Notes: generated by a model from the sequence alone, not told the origin. Counted from the first letter of the stretch, positions 16,435 to 25,615 are shown. The stretch is DNA of 53,880 nt from Promethearchaeota archaeon (GCA_004524535.1 SDNY01000006.1:1-53880); one strand, 5' to 3'. Program-made: numbers and translations.

Positions 16435-18459
16435 TTGTCAAATGAAAAACAAGAAAAATCTCATAGTGCTAATACTCAAAATTATTGGTATGATGATACA
16501 AGAAGTTCATTTGGAATTGATTCAAGCGTGCATCCCAAATTGGATTTTGAAGAAAAATTAGAGGAGTTTAAAGAGGAAGAAATAGAAGTGGAAATAAAAG
16601 AGCCAACTCAATCTTTGGTAAATAGTGGAAAAAAAATGGGAGGTGTTGAAAGGGTTTCAAAAGAAAAAGAACAAGAAATAATAGAATATCTTAGAGAAGA
16701 AATCGAAAAAAAAGATCCGGCTTCATTAACTCAAATTTCAAAATATTTTGGATTCAAAAGCTCAAAAACAGTAACTAGATTAGCAAAACAAATATTTACT
16801 CCAGAAATTTTTGAAGAGAAATGGGGTTCTAAGAGAGGGCAAAAAATAATGTCAGATGAAATTATATATCAGAGATTAATTGAAGAACTTAAAAAACCAA
16901 ATCCAATGTCAACAGAATCTATTGGAAAAGAATTAGGTTTTTCGGATGGAGGGCCAGTAAGACGAGTTGCAAAAGAACGAATACCAAGTGAAAATTATAA
17001 TAAGATCTGGGGTAGAGATATCATAAAAGCTACCGATATTGAGGATTTAATTATTGAACGCTTAGAAAAAGAAATAAAAAGTGAAAATCCTGCTTCTTTA
17101 AGATCAATTGGAATAGAATTCGGTTTTTCTAGTGGGAATCCAGTAAAAGAAGTAGCGATTCGTCATTTTCCTAGAGAAATATATGAAGAAGTTTGGAGTC
17201 GGCAACATCTTTCGGAGGATATGGAAGCAGATATTATAGAGATTCTCAGAGATGAAATAAAAAATGATTCTCCACGACCTTTACAAGAGATAGGTCACGA
17301 TTTTGGTTTTAAATCAGGGGATCCAATCTACAGAATTGCTAAAAAAATTTTCCCAGAAGATATTTATATGAATAAATGGGGAAGACCCTCAACATCACCA
17401 ATTATAATAAAAGAAATTGAGAATTATCTAAAAGAGCAAATTGAAAGAGAAAATCCTATGAGTCTTTCTGAAATTAGTAGAAAATTTAATCTAAAAGATT
17501 ATGGCGTAGTGAGAAGAATTGCTAAGGATCTATTTCCAGAACGAATATATCAAGAGTTATGGGGAATAGAAGAAATTCCTGAAGAAATAAAAATAGCGAT
17601 AAGAAATGATATTTTAAATACAAATTTAAGCATGAATCAGATTGCTCAGAAATTTAATATTTCGGTTGTTCCAATTCGCACGATTTCTTCAAAAATAGAA
17701 CTTGAAGATCAAGATTATAGTCATAGTGAAAGATTTCCACAGATGATCTCCGCTTTTCTTGGAACACAATTCCATCTTATTATTAAAAAAATAGTAACAA
17801 AACACCTTTTAAGATTTTTCATAAAAGCATTTTCAGAGATCTTGGTGAATATTAAAACAGAGGAAAAAATTGATCTTCTGATTCCTAATATTGATAAGGA
17901 AAAGCATTTTATTGAATTAATTAATAGTCAAAATGAATCAATAAAGGTCTTAACAAGATTAAATTTAAATATTGAAAAAATAAAGGAATTTCGAGCTTTT
18001 CTTTTTGACTTTACGATGGATCTCTCAAAAAAAAATATTATTGGAAAGATTATTAAATACCAACACCCTAATATGTTATTTTTTATTGTTGATTACAGAC
18101 GAATGGGCATTTGGCGAACTCGACCATCCCATACTTTTAATATTCCTATTGATAATAGAATAAAATTCCCCCAGACCATTAAAATTATTGATTATATCTT
18201 CTTTGCTGATCTCATTGGATTGAAAGATAGATTGAGACAACTTTTCTTCGATGCTGTTGAGCTTATTGCGGATATTATGATTCTTGAATCTGAAGAAAGA
18301 AATTATAACGACAATTTGAAAAAGTTACAGACCTATCAATTTCTAATAGAACAAGATTTATTTTATAATCAAGAATTTGAAGATTTTTTAAAGTCGCATC
18401 ATCTAAATATTAATAAATTCTTACGAGAGACGGGATCTATAGATAAATTTTTGGGTTAA
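16435..18459 (+). CDS. Protein with five 61-62-aa HTH-like repeats, a sixth degenerate HTH and a putative PD-(D/E)xK-like C-terminal domain
   Basis: Conserved Trp codons at 16822, 17008, 17194, 17377 and 17560; C-terminal GTQFH, KIDLL, FDFT, KYQ. TTG start uncertain. Confidence 0.6.
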   Translation: MSNEKQEKSHSANTQNYWYDDTRSSFGIDSSVHPKLDFEEKLEEFKEEEIEVEIKEPTQSLVNSGKKMGGVERVSKEKEQEIIEYLREEIEKKDPASLTQISKYFGFKSSKTVTRLAKQIFTPEIFEEKWGSKRGQKIMSDEIIYQRLIEELKKPNPMSTESIGKELGFSDGGPVRRVAKERIPSENYNKIWGRDIIKATDIEDLIIERLEKEIKSENPASLRSIGIEFGFSSGNPVKEVAIRHFPREIYEEVWSRQHLSEDMEADIIEILRDEIKNDSPRPLQEIGHDFGFKSGDPIYRIAKKIFPEDIYMNKWGRPSTSPIIIKEIENYLKEQIERENPMSLSEISRKFNLKDYGVVRRIAKDLFPERIYQELWGIEEIPEEIKIAIRNDILNTNLSMNQIAQKFNISVVPIRTISSKIELEDQDYSHSERFPQMISAFLGTQFHLIIKKIVTKHLLRFFIKAFSEILVNIKTEEKIDLLIPNIDKEKHFIELINSQNESIKVLTRLNLNIEKIKEFRAFLFDFTMDLSKKNIIGKIIKYQHPNMLFFIVDYRRMGIWRTRPSHTFNIPIDNRIKFPQTIKIIDYIFFADLIGLKDRLRQLFFDAVELIADIMILESEERNYNDNLKKLQTYQFLIEQDLFYNQEFEDFLKSHHLNINKFLRETGSIDKFLG

Positions 18460-18552
18460 AAATTTAACTATTTAAAAATCGACTTAAATAATAGTAAATA
18501 CTCTCTTCTATTAAATCTATTACGTAACTGATAATTAAAATATGTGGGGATT

Positions 18553-18826
18553 CTATTTACCAATAGGGAGCGCAACCGAGAAGATAAGTTGGATTACTTT
18601 CGCCAATTCAAATGATTTTTTAAATTGTATACGATAACACTCCCAACACTACAATACCAATTCCACATATTTTAAATATCAACCAATATTCTTTTCTTGA
18701 AGGTTTATTCGCTGTCTTAATAATTCTCTTTGCATTTTTTAGGAATTGGGTAAGTCTTTCATACCTTCCTGGCTTCTGTTTAGATTGATACTTAGAGTAT
18801 TTATCATATTTGGGGTAACTTGACAT
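18553..18826 (-). CDS. secE: Protein translocase SecE/Sec61-gamma, spliced: join(18629..18826,18553..18597), 80 aa
   Basis: RIIKTANKPSRKEYWLIFKICGIGIVVLGVLSY is the Sec61-gamma signature and the gene lies downstream of ftsY. Removing 18598..18628 continues in frame as VIQLIFSVALPIGK*. Confidence 0.92.
18598..18628 (-). other. 31-nt bulge-helix-bulge intron in the secE mRNA
   Basis: Outer helix GUUA/UAAU, central helix UCGU/GCGA, 3-nt bulges AU^A and AA^G, inner stem CAAUUUAAA/UUUGAAUUG. Confidence 0.88.
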
Positions 18827-18890
18827 TCTATTCTATCCAATTAATTATTTTTAAAAAATTTATCTCTTAATTAAATATAGTAGGAAAAAT

Positions 18891-19790
18891 TCAATCTAAA
18901 TCGAGTATATTTGAGATAATTAAATCGCGATTAAATACTTCTAAATCGTTATAATCTTGTCCCACACCCATGAATATAATTGGTTTTCTTGTCTCAAAAG
19001 AGATTGACAAAGCAGCTCCACCTTTAGCGTCAGCATCTAATTTTGTTAATATATTAGCATCAATACCCACGTGCTTTTTAAATTCTTTTGCTTGAAAAAG
19101 AGCGTCATTCCCAGCAAGGCTATCGCCCACAAATATGATTAAATCTGGTTGTGCCACTCGAACGATTTTTTCAAGCTCAATCATTAAGTTCTTATCACTA
19201 ACCTGCCTCCCTGCAGTATCTATAAGAACAACATCAATCCCCTTTGCTTTAGCGTGCTCAATGGTGTCGAAAGCAACAGAAGCCGGATCCGATTTATAAT
19301 CGTGTTTAATTACTCTAATATCCACATTATTCATATGATATGAAAGCTGCTCAATAGCTCCAGCTCTAAAAGTATCAGCTGCCGCCGCCACAGAGGATAT
19401 ATTTTGCTTTTTTAAATAATGGGCGATTTTTGCCATTGTAGTTGTCTTTCCCGTTCCGTTAACTCCTAAAAAAACAATCACAAAAGGAAGATTTTTTTCG
19501 ATTTTTTTTTTAATTTCTTTTAATATATCTATCTCTTCGTCAGGAGTTAGAATCTCTGTAATAATATCTTTTAAAGTTTCAAATAGCATTTTCTTTGTAG
19601 AAGAAAATCTTCCAATTTGTTCATCTTTAAATGATTCCACAATTCTGTCGCAAATCTCATCTGCGGTATCAATTGCAACATCATTACTCAAAAGAAGTAG
19701 CTTTAAATCGGTAATTGAATTAGATATTTTTTTTTCGCTTAAAGTTTTTTTGATAAAAGAAGAGAAACCTTTTTTTAATTTATCAAGCAT
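18891..19790 (-). CDS. ftsY: SRP receptor FtsY
   Basis: GVNGTGKTTT, DTFRAGAIEQL, DTAGR, TKLDADAKGG, GVGQ. Confidence 0.97.
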   Translation of the reverse strand: MLDKLKKGFSSFIKKTLSEKKISNSITDLKLLLLSNDVAIDTADEICDRIVESFKDEQIGRFSSTKKMLFETLKDIITEILTPDEEIDILKEIKKKIEKNLPFVIVFLGVNGTGKTTTMAKIAHYLKKQNISSVAAAADTFRAGAIEQLSYHMNNVDIRVIKHDYKSDPASVAFDTIEHAKAKGIDVVLIDTAGRQVSDKNLMIELEKIVRVAQPDLIIFVGDSLAGNDALFQAKEFKKHVGIDANILTKLDADAKGGAALSISFETRKPIIFMGVGQDYNDLEVFNRDLIISNILDLD

Positions 19791-19842
19791 TAATTATATC
19801 ACATGAAATGAATTATATTTGAATTTACCTTGATTAAATTAA

Positions 19843-20262
19843 TTATCGTTGCTGAAAACCGCTTCTCTGAAAAGCCATTGACATATTTTGAAGGTTTAAA
19901 TCCAAATTTTGTATCTGGGTTCTTAAAAATTGCAATTGTTCATTGTGCTGTCCAATAATCTTATCAACAAATTCTATTGAATTATCTAAATCTTTTTCAA
20001 TCACAACGTCTTGTGAAATATAAAGTTGAATTTTTTTAGGATTCTTGATTGTAGCATAAATATTAATTAATCCGCCTATTGGGATTAAAATCTCTTCGCC
20101 TTCTTTAACAGTCTTTAAATTTTCTATGGTCTCTTTAGTATTCCGAAAATTATTAAGAGATACATTTACAAACTCTAGTTGATTAGCGAACATATCCCTT
20201 TGATCTTTTAAATACTTAAATTGATATAATAAAGCTTGTTTATTTTCTTGAGGATTTTCCAT
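19843..20262 (-). CDS. pfdA: Prefoldin alpha subunit
   Basis: Coiled coil, EILIPIGG hairpins, coiled coil; conserved position between rplX and ftsY. Confidence 0.9.
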   Translation of the reverse strand: MENPQENKQALLYQFKYLKDQRDMFANQLEFVNVSLNNFRNTKETIENLKTVKEGEEILIPIGGLINIYATIKNPKKIQLYISQDVVIEKDLDNSIEFVDKIIGQHNEQLQFLRTQIQNLDLNLQNMSMAFQRSGFQQR

Positions 20263-20293
20263 ATTTTTTCACTCAGATTGAGTTAATTATAAT

Positions 20294-20524
20294 CTATTGA
20301 GATAATTCACGTATAAGATGATCTTGACTTTCTTCTGCTGTAATTTCCTTTATTTCTTCAATTTTAATTTGTCGCCTATAAATACCTATAGATGTTATTT
20401 GTGATAATGCTTTTTCGAGAGCATCTTTTTCTTTAAGCGCACGGATTTCCTTTCTAAAAAGGTATTTTTTTTGTTTTCTAGTGTAAGTACCGATTATTTG
20501 ATATATTTTTATCTCAGATGACAT
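20294..20524 (-). CDS. rpl18a: 50S ribosomal protein L18Ae/LX (eL20)
   Basis: KIYQIIG..FRKEIRAL..R.QIKIEEIKEI; synteny. Confidence 0.88.
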   Translation of the reverse strand: MSSEIKIYQIIGTYTRKQKKYLFRKEIRALKEKDALEKALSQITSIGIYRRQIKIEEIKEITAEESQDHLIRELSQ

Positions 20525-20596
20525 AATTATTTGGTAAAATCATTTAAAAATTATTAAATTTTGCTTTTTTTTAGATTTAAGAGAAAATTACGTCTT

Positions 20597-21280
20597 TTAG
20601 AGCTTTAGAACGGATGTAAGCCTCATTAATTCTGGTCCAGTTGAATCCATGCCAAAAATCCCACTTTTATCATTAACTATCGCACCCGCACTAAGATATG
20701 GAATACCTCGATTGATGGTGCTTACATCAGTTTCCACTTTTAAGATTGATGAGATCTTCTCAATTTCATCGTCATTAGCAAGAGGATGGACTAAACAGCC
20801 GTTATTATTTGCTATGGATATTGAACCTGGAAGAGAAGAGCCTGCAAATTCAAATACTTCAGTTTCAATATTTAAAATATCTTCTATTTGTTTTCTATAA
20901 TCTTTTAAAAATGAGCTAATAATTGCACCCTTATCGTTGCAAAGTATTAGGTTTCCAAATGCATTATCTAAGGAATTGAGAATTCCGATTTGAGTTAACT
21001 CTCCAATATTTGATTTCAGCACGTTAAATTCATCTTCCTTTATGATATTTGGTACTATAATTCCGTATTTGTTTGATGCAGTGTATATTCCTAATAGATT
21101 AGAATTGTTTATAGTTAAAGGAAATAACGGTTCGTTAAAAACTGATTTGAACTTTTTAAGTATTGGTTTTAATAGAAGATGAGGATATAAAACATATGAA
21201 TTATTTGCTGCTAAATAAACGCCTATTAAATTATTTCCAAAAACTTGAGCTTTAAGAATAGACAACGATTTAATTTCCAC
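20597..21280 (-). CDS. eif6: Translation initiation factor 6 (aIF6)
   Basis: Pentein repeats GNLILCNDKGA, GCLVHP, TINRG, TGPEL. The true start may be the downstream TTG (MSILK). Confidence 0.94.
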   Translation of the reverse strand: MEIKSLSILKAQVFGNNLIGVYLAANNSYVLYPHLLLKPILKKFKSVFNEPLFPLTINNSNLLGIYTASNKYGIIVPNIIKEDEFNVLKSNIGELTQIGILNSLDNAFGNLILCNDKGAIISSFLKDYRKQIEDILNIETEVFEFAGSSLPGSISIANNNGCLVHPLANDDEIEKISSILKVETDVSTINRGIPYLSAGAIVNDKSGIFGMDSTGPELMRLTSVLKL

Positions 21281-21315
21281 CGAAACTATATTTTAAAAGT
21301 AGTAAAGTTATAATC

Positions 21316-21774
21316 TCAGGCGAGATATACAACAACTAATCCATCAATATTCTTTGTTGCTCTTACTTTCAATTTTCGAGGGGGTTTTTGAGCTCCCCGT
21401 TCCCAAATCTTCTCGTTTACTTCTTGTGAAATTATTAAAGATTCCGGTTTAAAATGGCGATCTAAATATTCCCGTAAGTATCTGATCGATTTCTTTGCCC
21501 ATTTCTTTCTAGGACCTCTTCGAGCTTTCACGATTGGTATATTATATAGTCGTTCGTCAATAATCTCTTCTTTGGGGGCTTCAACTTCTTCTAACTCTTC
21601 TTCAATTTCTTCCTCAAATATTTCATCAATTTCTTGCTCTTCAGAAATCTCTTCTATTTCAAATTCTTCAATTTCTTCAATTTCTTCTTCAACTATTTCT
21701 TCTTGAATCTCTTCGGTATCTAACTCTTGTTCTAAATCATCTAAACTAATTTCTTTACTTTTTTTTTTCGCCAT
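21316..21774 (-). CDS. rpl31e: 50S ribosomal protein L31e with long acidic N-terminal extension
   Basis: ERLYNIP...VNEKIWERGAQKPPRKLKV core; about 70 Glu-rich residues at the N-terminus. Confidence 0.92.
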   Translation of the reverse strand: MAKKKSKEISLDDLEQELDTEEIQEEIVEEEIEEIEEFEIEEISEEQEIDEIFEEEIEEELEEVEAPKEEIIDERLYNIPIVKARRGPRKKWAKKSIRYLREYLDRHFKPESLIISQEVNEKIWERGAQKPPRKLKVRATKNIDGLVVVYLA

Positions 21775-21818
21775 TTTTTTTCAATTTTTTCTGTTTATTA
21801 ATGAAATTAATTGTTTTT

Positions 21819-21980
21819 CTAATCCTTTTTGAGCTTTTGGTTTCTCCATTCCCGCCTGGTGTAGGGGCTTGTTCTTGTTTTTCCCCCTGTCTTCATTGTA
21901 ACCCAACTTGGAATGGATTTACTCTGATTCAGCTTTTTAGCTCTTCTTAATTTAGAGGGTAAATCTTTATTTCTTGCCAT
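21819..21980 (-). CDS. rpl39e: 50S ribosomal protein L39e (53 aa; absent from the ORF track)
   Basis: Translated by hand: MARNKDLPSKLRRAKKLNQSKSIPSWVTMKTGGKTRTSPYTRREWRNQKLKKD*; lies between PDCD5 and rpl31e. Confidence 0.93.
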   Translation of the reverse strand: MARNKDLPSKLRRAKKLNQSKSIPSWVTMKTGGKTRTSPYTRREWRNQKLKKD

Positions 21981-22000
21981 AATATAATTTTCATCTCTCT

Positions 22001-22345
22001 TTAGATAGTTTGATCAAATTTCTTAATTTTAAAATCTTTTTTCTTACCGGAAAGTTGTTCTAACAACTTTTTAAAAGCTGCATCCGATAATGGACCTCTT
22101 AATCTTCCTGCTTGAGCTAATTGTATTAATTGAAATTCAATTTCCTGGGCAAATTCAGGCTTAACAATTCGAATGTTTTCTAATCGTTGTCTTCCTTCTT
22201 GTGAAAGTATCTTTCTCATAATCTGATATTTACGAGCTTCAAAATCTTGCTTTTGAGCCTCAGCTATTTGTTGCTGAGCGACTTGTTGTTGTATCTCTTG
22301 TAATTTCTTCCTTCTTAATTCTTCTAATTTTTCTTCGTCACTCAA
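22001..22345 (-). CDS. PDCD5-like DNA-binding protein
   Basis: LEELRRKKLQE, ILSQEGRQRLENIRIVKPE, QLIQLAQAGR; synteny. Confidence 0.92.
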   Translation of the reverse strand: MSDEEKLEELRRKKLQEIQQQVAQQQIAEAQKQDFEARKYQIMRKILSQEGRQRLENIRIVKPEFAQEIEFQLIQLAQAGRLRGPLSDAAFKKLLEQLSGKKKDFKIKKFDQTI

Positions 22346-22360
22346 AATAAAACACGCAAA

Positions 22361-22786
22361 TTAGCTTTTTTTTCTTGAAATAGAATATCCTGTTCTTTCT
22401 AATAAGCTTCTTCCTTCGTTAGAAAGAATTCTGCCATTTTTTTCTGTTTTCACAATTAAATTAGCATTTTCTAATTGTTGTAATGCCACTCTTATGATTT
22501 TTCCACTTCCTTTAGCACTATGTTTTAAACCAGAACCCTTTTTATTCCTGCCTCCGTATTTCTTTCTTAATCGATTTACTCCGATTGGTCCAAATTTATT
22601 AATTTTTCTTAATAATGATGCACATCGGACATACCAAAATGTATGATGATTGACTGGTGCTAATTCCTTAAAAAATGCGGTCTTCCAAAATTCCGAACCA
22701 TTTGGAGCATTGATTTCAGGGTATTCTTTTAATTTTTCAGCAACTGCTTGAATAAACGTGGATGGTTCAATGATGTATATCGACAT
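22361..22786 (-). CDS. rps19e: 30S ribosomal protein S19e
   Basis: WYVRCASLLRK, GPIGVNRLRKKYGG, GSGKIIRVALQQLE. Confidence 0.96.
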   Translation of the reverse strand: MSIYIIEPSTFIQAVAEKLKEYPEINAPNGSEFWKTAFFKELAPVNHHTFWYVRCASLLRKINKFGPIGVNRLRKKYGGRNKKGSGLKHSAKGSGKIIRVALQQLENANLIVKTEKNGRILSNEGRSLLERTGYSISRKKS

Positions 22787-22881
22787 ATGCTAATATCTTT
22801 AATTCATATTTCTTATTTATTATTATAATATTTTGTAAAATCAATAGAAAATTAAAAATTTTATTATTTTAAGAACAAGAA

Positions 22882-23154
22882 ATGGGATATACTAGGGAAT
22901 TTAAAAAAGTACTTTTATCAGAACCGCACGCAACTCTAGGAAAGAATGGTATTACTGATGAATTCATAAGTCATATCTCTAAATTGCTGAAGAGATATAA
23001 AATAATTAAAATTAAAGCACTAAAATCTATTGCTATAAAATCAAATATAAAAGAAATTGCTCATAACATTTCTAAAAACACAGAATCCTATTTATTAGAT
23101 GTGCGTGGATTCACATTTATCATTTCTAAAAATCCAATTGAAAAAAACCAATAG
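22882..23154 (+). CDS. YhbY/CRM-domain RNA-binding protein
   Basis: LGKNGITDEFI..L..YKIIKIK..VRGFT. Confidence 0.85.
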   Translation: MGYTREFKKVLLSEPHATLGKNGITDEFISHISKLLKRYKIIKIKALKSIAIKSNIKEIAHNISKNTESYLLDVRGFTFIISKNPIEKNQ

Positions 23155-23178
23155 AATTTAATTTTAACTACATATCAA

Positions 23179-23502
23179 ATGTCCAATTCTAAATATTTAA
23201 TTAAACAGATCGCAAGAAATAGAATAAATTTCTTATTTCAAAGAGCTCACGAAATATTTCATGAAAATAAGAGTTTAAGTAATAGATATGTATATTTAGC
23301 TCGCCGTTACGCTCAGCGAGCCAGAATTAAAATTCCATTTGAATGGAAAAAACGCATATGTAATGAATGTAAATCATTTTTATATCCAGGGTTAAATTGC
23401 AGGATAAGAATGCAATCTCGAAAAGGAAAGGGCTCACATGTTTCTTTAACCTGTTTTGAGTGTAATAAGACAACGCGATATTTTATTAAAACCAAGAATT
23501 AA
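23179..23502 (+). CDS. rnp4: RNase P protein component 4 (Rpp21)
   Basis: IARNRINFL, RYVYLARR, KRICNECKSFLYPG, TCFECN zinc ribbon. Confidence 0.93.
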   Translation: MSNSKYLIKQIARNRINFLFQRAHEIFHENKSLSNRYVYLARRYAQRARIKIPFEWKKRICNECKSFLYPGLNCRIRMQSRKGKGSHVSLTCFECNKTTRYFIKTKN

Positions 23503-23545
23503 TTGAATCATATATCTTTTTAATAAGAAAAATCATAACTTAATC

Positions 23546-24220
23546 ATGCCATTGATCATTGTTTTAGTAGAATGTGGACTCGAATTAATTCCTAAGCAAA
23601 TTCGCAATCAACCTTCTGTAAAAAGAAATTTAAAAGTTAAAAAATATTATTCACTGCTTTTAGATAACGCCTTACATCATTCCGCTATGAAAAACCTTAA
23701 AAATCACGATAAAAGAGGGCGTCCTGATATTACCCATATTTGTTTGCTTAATGCACTGGGGTCTCCTTTAAATAAGAGTGGAAATTTAAAGATATACGTT
23801 CATACAATTCATAATAGAATCTTTGATATAAATCCAGAGATTAGAATAGCAAGAAATTATAATCGGTTTAAAGGATTAATTGGAAAAACATTATTAGAGG
23901 GAGATATAATTATTAAAGATAAAAAATTAATCTCTCAAGTAGATGGAAATTTAAATGACCTAATAAAATCCATTGAAAATTCAGAAATACTATTATTTTC
24001 AAGTAGGGGATCATTAATTAAAAGCCATCAAAACTTATTTCTAAAAAACTCGTCTAAAAACTATATTGCAATTATTGGAGGCTTTCAAAAAGGTAGTTTT
24101 TCAAAAGAGATCTTATCATTATCAGATAATTTAATATCTATTTCAAAGCATCAATTAGATGCATGGGTGGTTATAAATAGAATAATTACTTACTATGAAA
24201 TTTCGCATAGTTTAATTTAA
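23546..24220 (+). CDS. nep1: 16S rRNA pseudouridine N1-methyltransferase Nep1 (Emg1)
   Basis: LLDNALHH, RGRPDITHICLL, SPLNKSG, RNYNRFKGL, IGGFQKG. Confidence 0.93.
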   Translation: MPLIIVLVECGLELIPKQIRNQPSVKRNLKVKKYYSLLLDNALHHSAMKNLKNHDKRGRPDITHICLLNALGSPLNKSGNLKIYVHTIHNRIFDINPEIRIARNYNRFKGLIGKTLLEGDIIIKDKKLISQVDGNLNDLIKSIENSEILLFSSRGSLIKSHQNLFLKNSSKNYIAIIGGFQKGSFSKEILSLSDNLISISKHQLDAWVVINRIITYYEISHSLI

Positions 24221-24255
24221 ATAAAAAATTATACGTTATTAATATAAATAATTCT

Positions 24256-24327
24256 GCGCTCTTAGTATAGTGGTAAGAATCTCGGGTTTCCAACCCGAGG
24301 ACCCGGGTTCAATTCCCGGAGGGCGCA
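24256..24327 (+). tRNA. tRNA-Gly(TCC), intronless, CCA not encoded
   Basis: Acceptor GCGCTCT/AGGGCGC, anticodon arm TCGGG-TTTCCAA-CCCGA, T arm CCGGG-TTCAATT-CCCGG. Confidence 0.95.
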
Positions 24328-24496
24328 TTTTTTTATTCATTCTTCTTTCTTTGTAAATATTATAACATATCAAACTTAAATTATATAAAGTAAAAAAATA
24401 AATTGAAGAATTCCCATGATTTAGAGATTAATCTATAAATGTAAAAAATGTCATTTGAGATAATAAAGGAAAATGCTTAACAGAAAAATAATAAAA

Positions 24497-25615
24497 TTAC
24501 TTGCAAAACAGATCATTTGCCATAATTTCAGCTGGTTTAAATATATCTGTGGCTCCATCCCATACTAATAAGATATTATGATAAAGGGTTTCAAATTTAT
24601 CAACAAAATATTTTAATACAACCTTAGGAAAATTTAGTTCTTCTGAAGTATACAATATACCAGATACATTTTTTGCTTGATAGATAATCACATTCTCTCC
24701 TTTCTTTTGTAAGACCGAAATAGCATTTCGTTCCTCACCAGTTTCACTTAGTTCGCGAAGCATTATATTTATGCTGGTAATTGCAGCAGAAATTAAATTT
24801 TCATCCATTAAATCTTTTCTTTCACTGAAAACTTTATAATAAATGCAAATACCCGCACTATTCACTAGAAAAAGAGCCTCTATTTTGTCTTGCCAATCAA
24901 ATTCAGAAAACGGAGGTAAGGTCAAGAAAAAATAAGATAATATTACGACAGAAAATAACTGAAGAATAGAACCAATCATTCGACCTTCAAGACCAAAAAT
25001 CGTTATTGCGACATCTGTAGTAAGCGCAAATCCAAAAACCATTAATAAAAGACCGCTAAAAAAGAAAATTCTATTTTTCTCTAACTTTTTCATAAATTTT
25101 ATCAAATATATAACAAAAAAAGATGAAAAACTTAACCAATATATATACGTTACCGCTTGAGTTATCCTAATATCTATGAAAAACAAGATCAAAAAAATTA
25201 TAGCACATATTGAAAAGATCGTTGTAAATACATATCTTTTAAATATAAACACAATATATTTTTCAACGCAGAAAAGAAAAATCGTCGTAAAAAAAATCAT
25301 TGTAAAATACCCTAAATTTAAGAAAAACGCTCTTGCACTTCCACTTCTCCAAATAAGAAAAGGAGATATAATATCATCTTCAACAAAGTAATTCCCTATA
25401 ATATAAAAACACCACATTAGTGAAAAGCCGAAAAATAACGAAAAATATCCGACATCTTGTAAATTTCTCAATGTTTTTTCTTGTTTGAAATATCGCACTA
25501 AAAAAATAAGACTAATTTCAAAACCCGTAATTATGAAAATCCATTCCATTATCAATAATGGTAATCTTATATCTCCACTTATTGGGAATTCTAAAAACAG
25601 CATGTTAATATTCAC
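24497..25615 (-). CDS. 7TM membrane protein with C-terminal longin/roadblock-like domain (paralog 3)
   Basis: Seven hydrophobic segments; C-domain LFLVNSAGICIY..ENLISAAITSI..FVDKFE..WDG...F. Confidence 0.7.
   Translation of the reverse strand: MNINMLFLEFPISGDIRLPLLIMEWIFIITGFEISLIFLVRYFKQEKTLRNLQDVGYFSLFFGFSLMWCFYIIGNYFVEDDIISPFLIWRSGSARAFFLNLGYFTMIFFTTIFLFCVEKYIVFIFKRYVFTTIFSICAIIFLILFFIDIRITQAVTYIYWLSFSSFFVIYLIKFMKKLEKNRIFFFSGLLLMVFGFALTTDVAITIFGLEGRMIGSILQLFSVVILSYFFLTLPPFSEFDWQDKIEALFLVNSAGICIYYKVFSERKDLMDENLISAAITSINIMLRELSETGEERNAISVLQKKGENVIIYQAKNVSGILYTSEELNFPKVVLKYFVDKFETLYHNILLVWDGATDIFKPAEIMANDLFCK

Noticed and set aside
18620-18826. 68-aa secE ORF as given in the ORF track, or a secE pseudogene
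   Set aside because: The stop lies within a perfect BHB insert and the downstream exon restores the expected hydrophobic tail, so the spliced model fits better.
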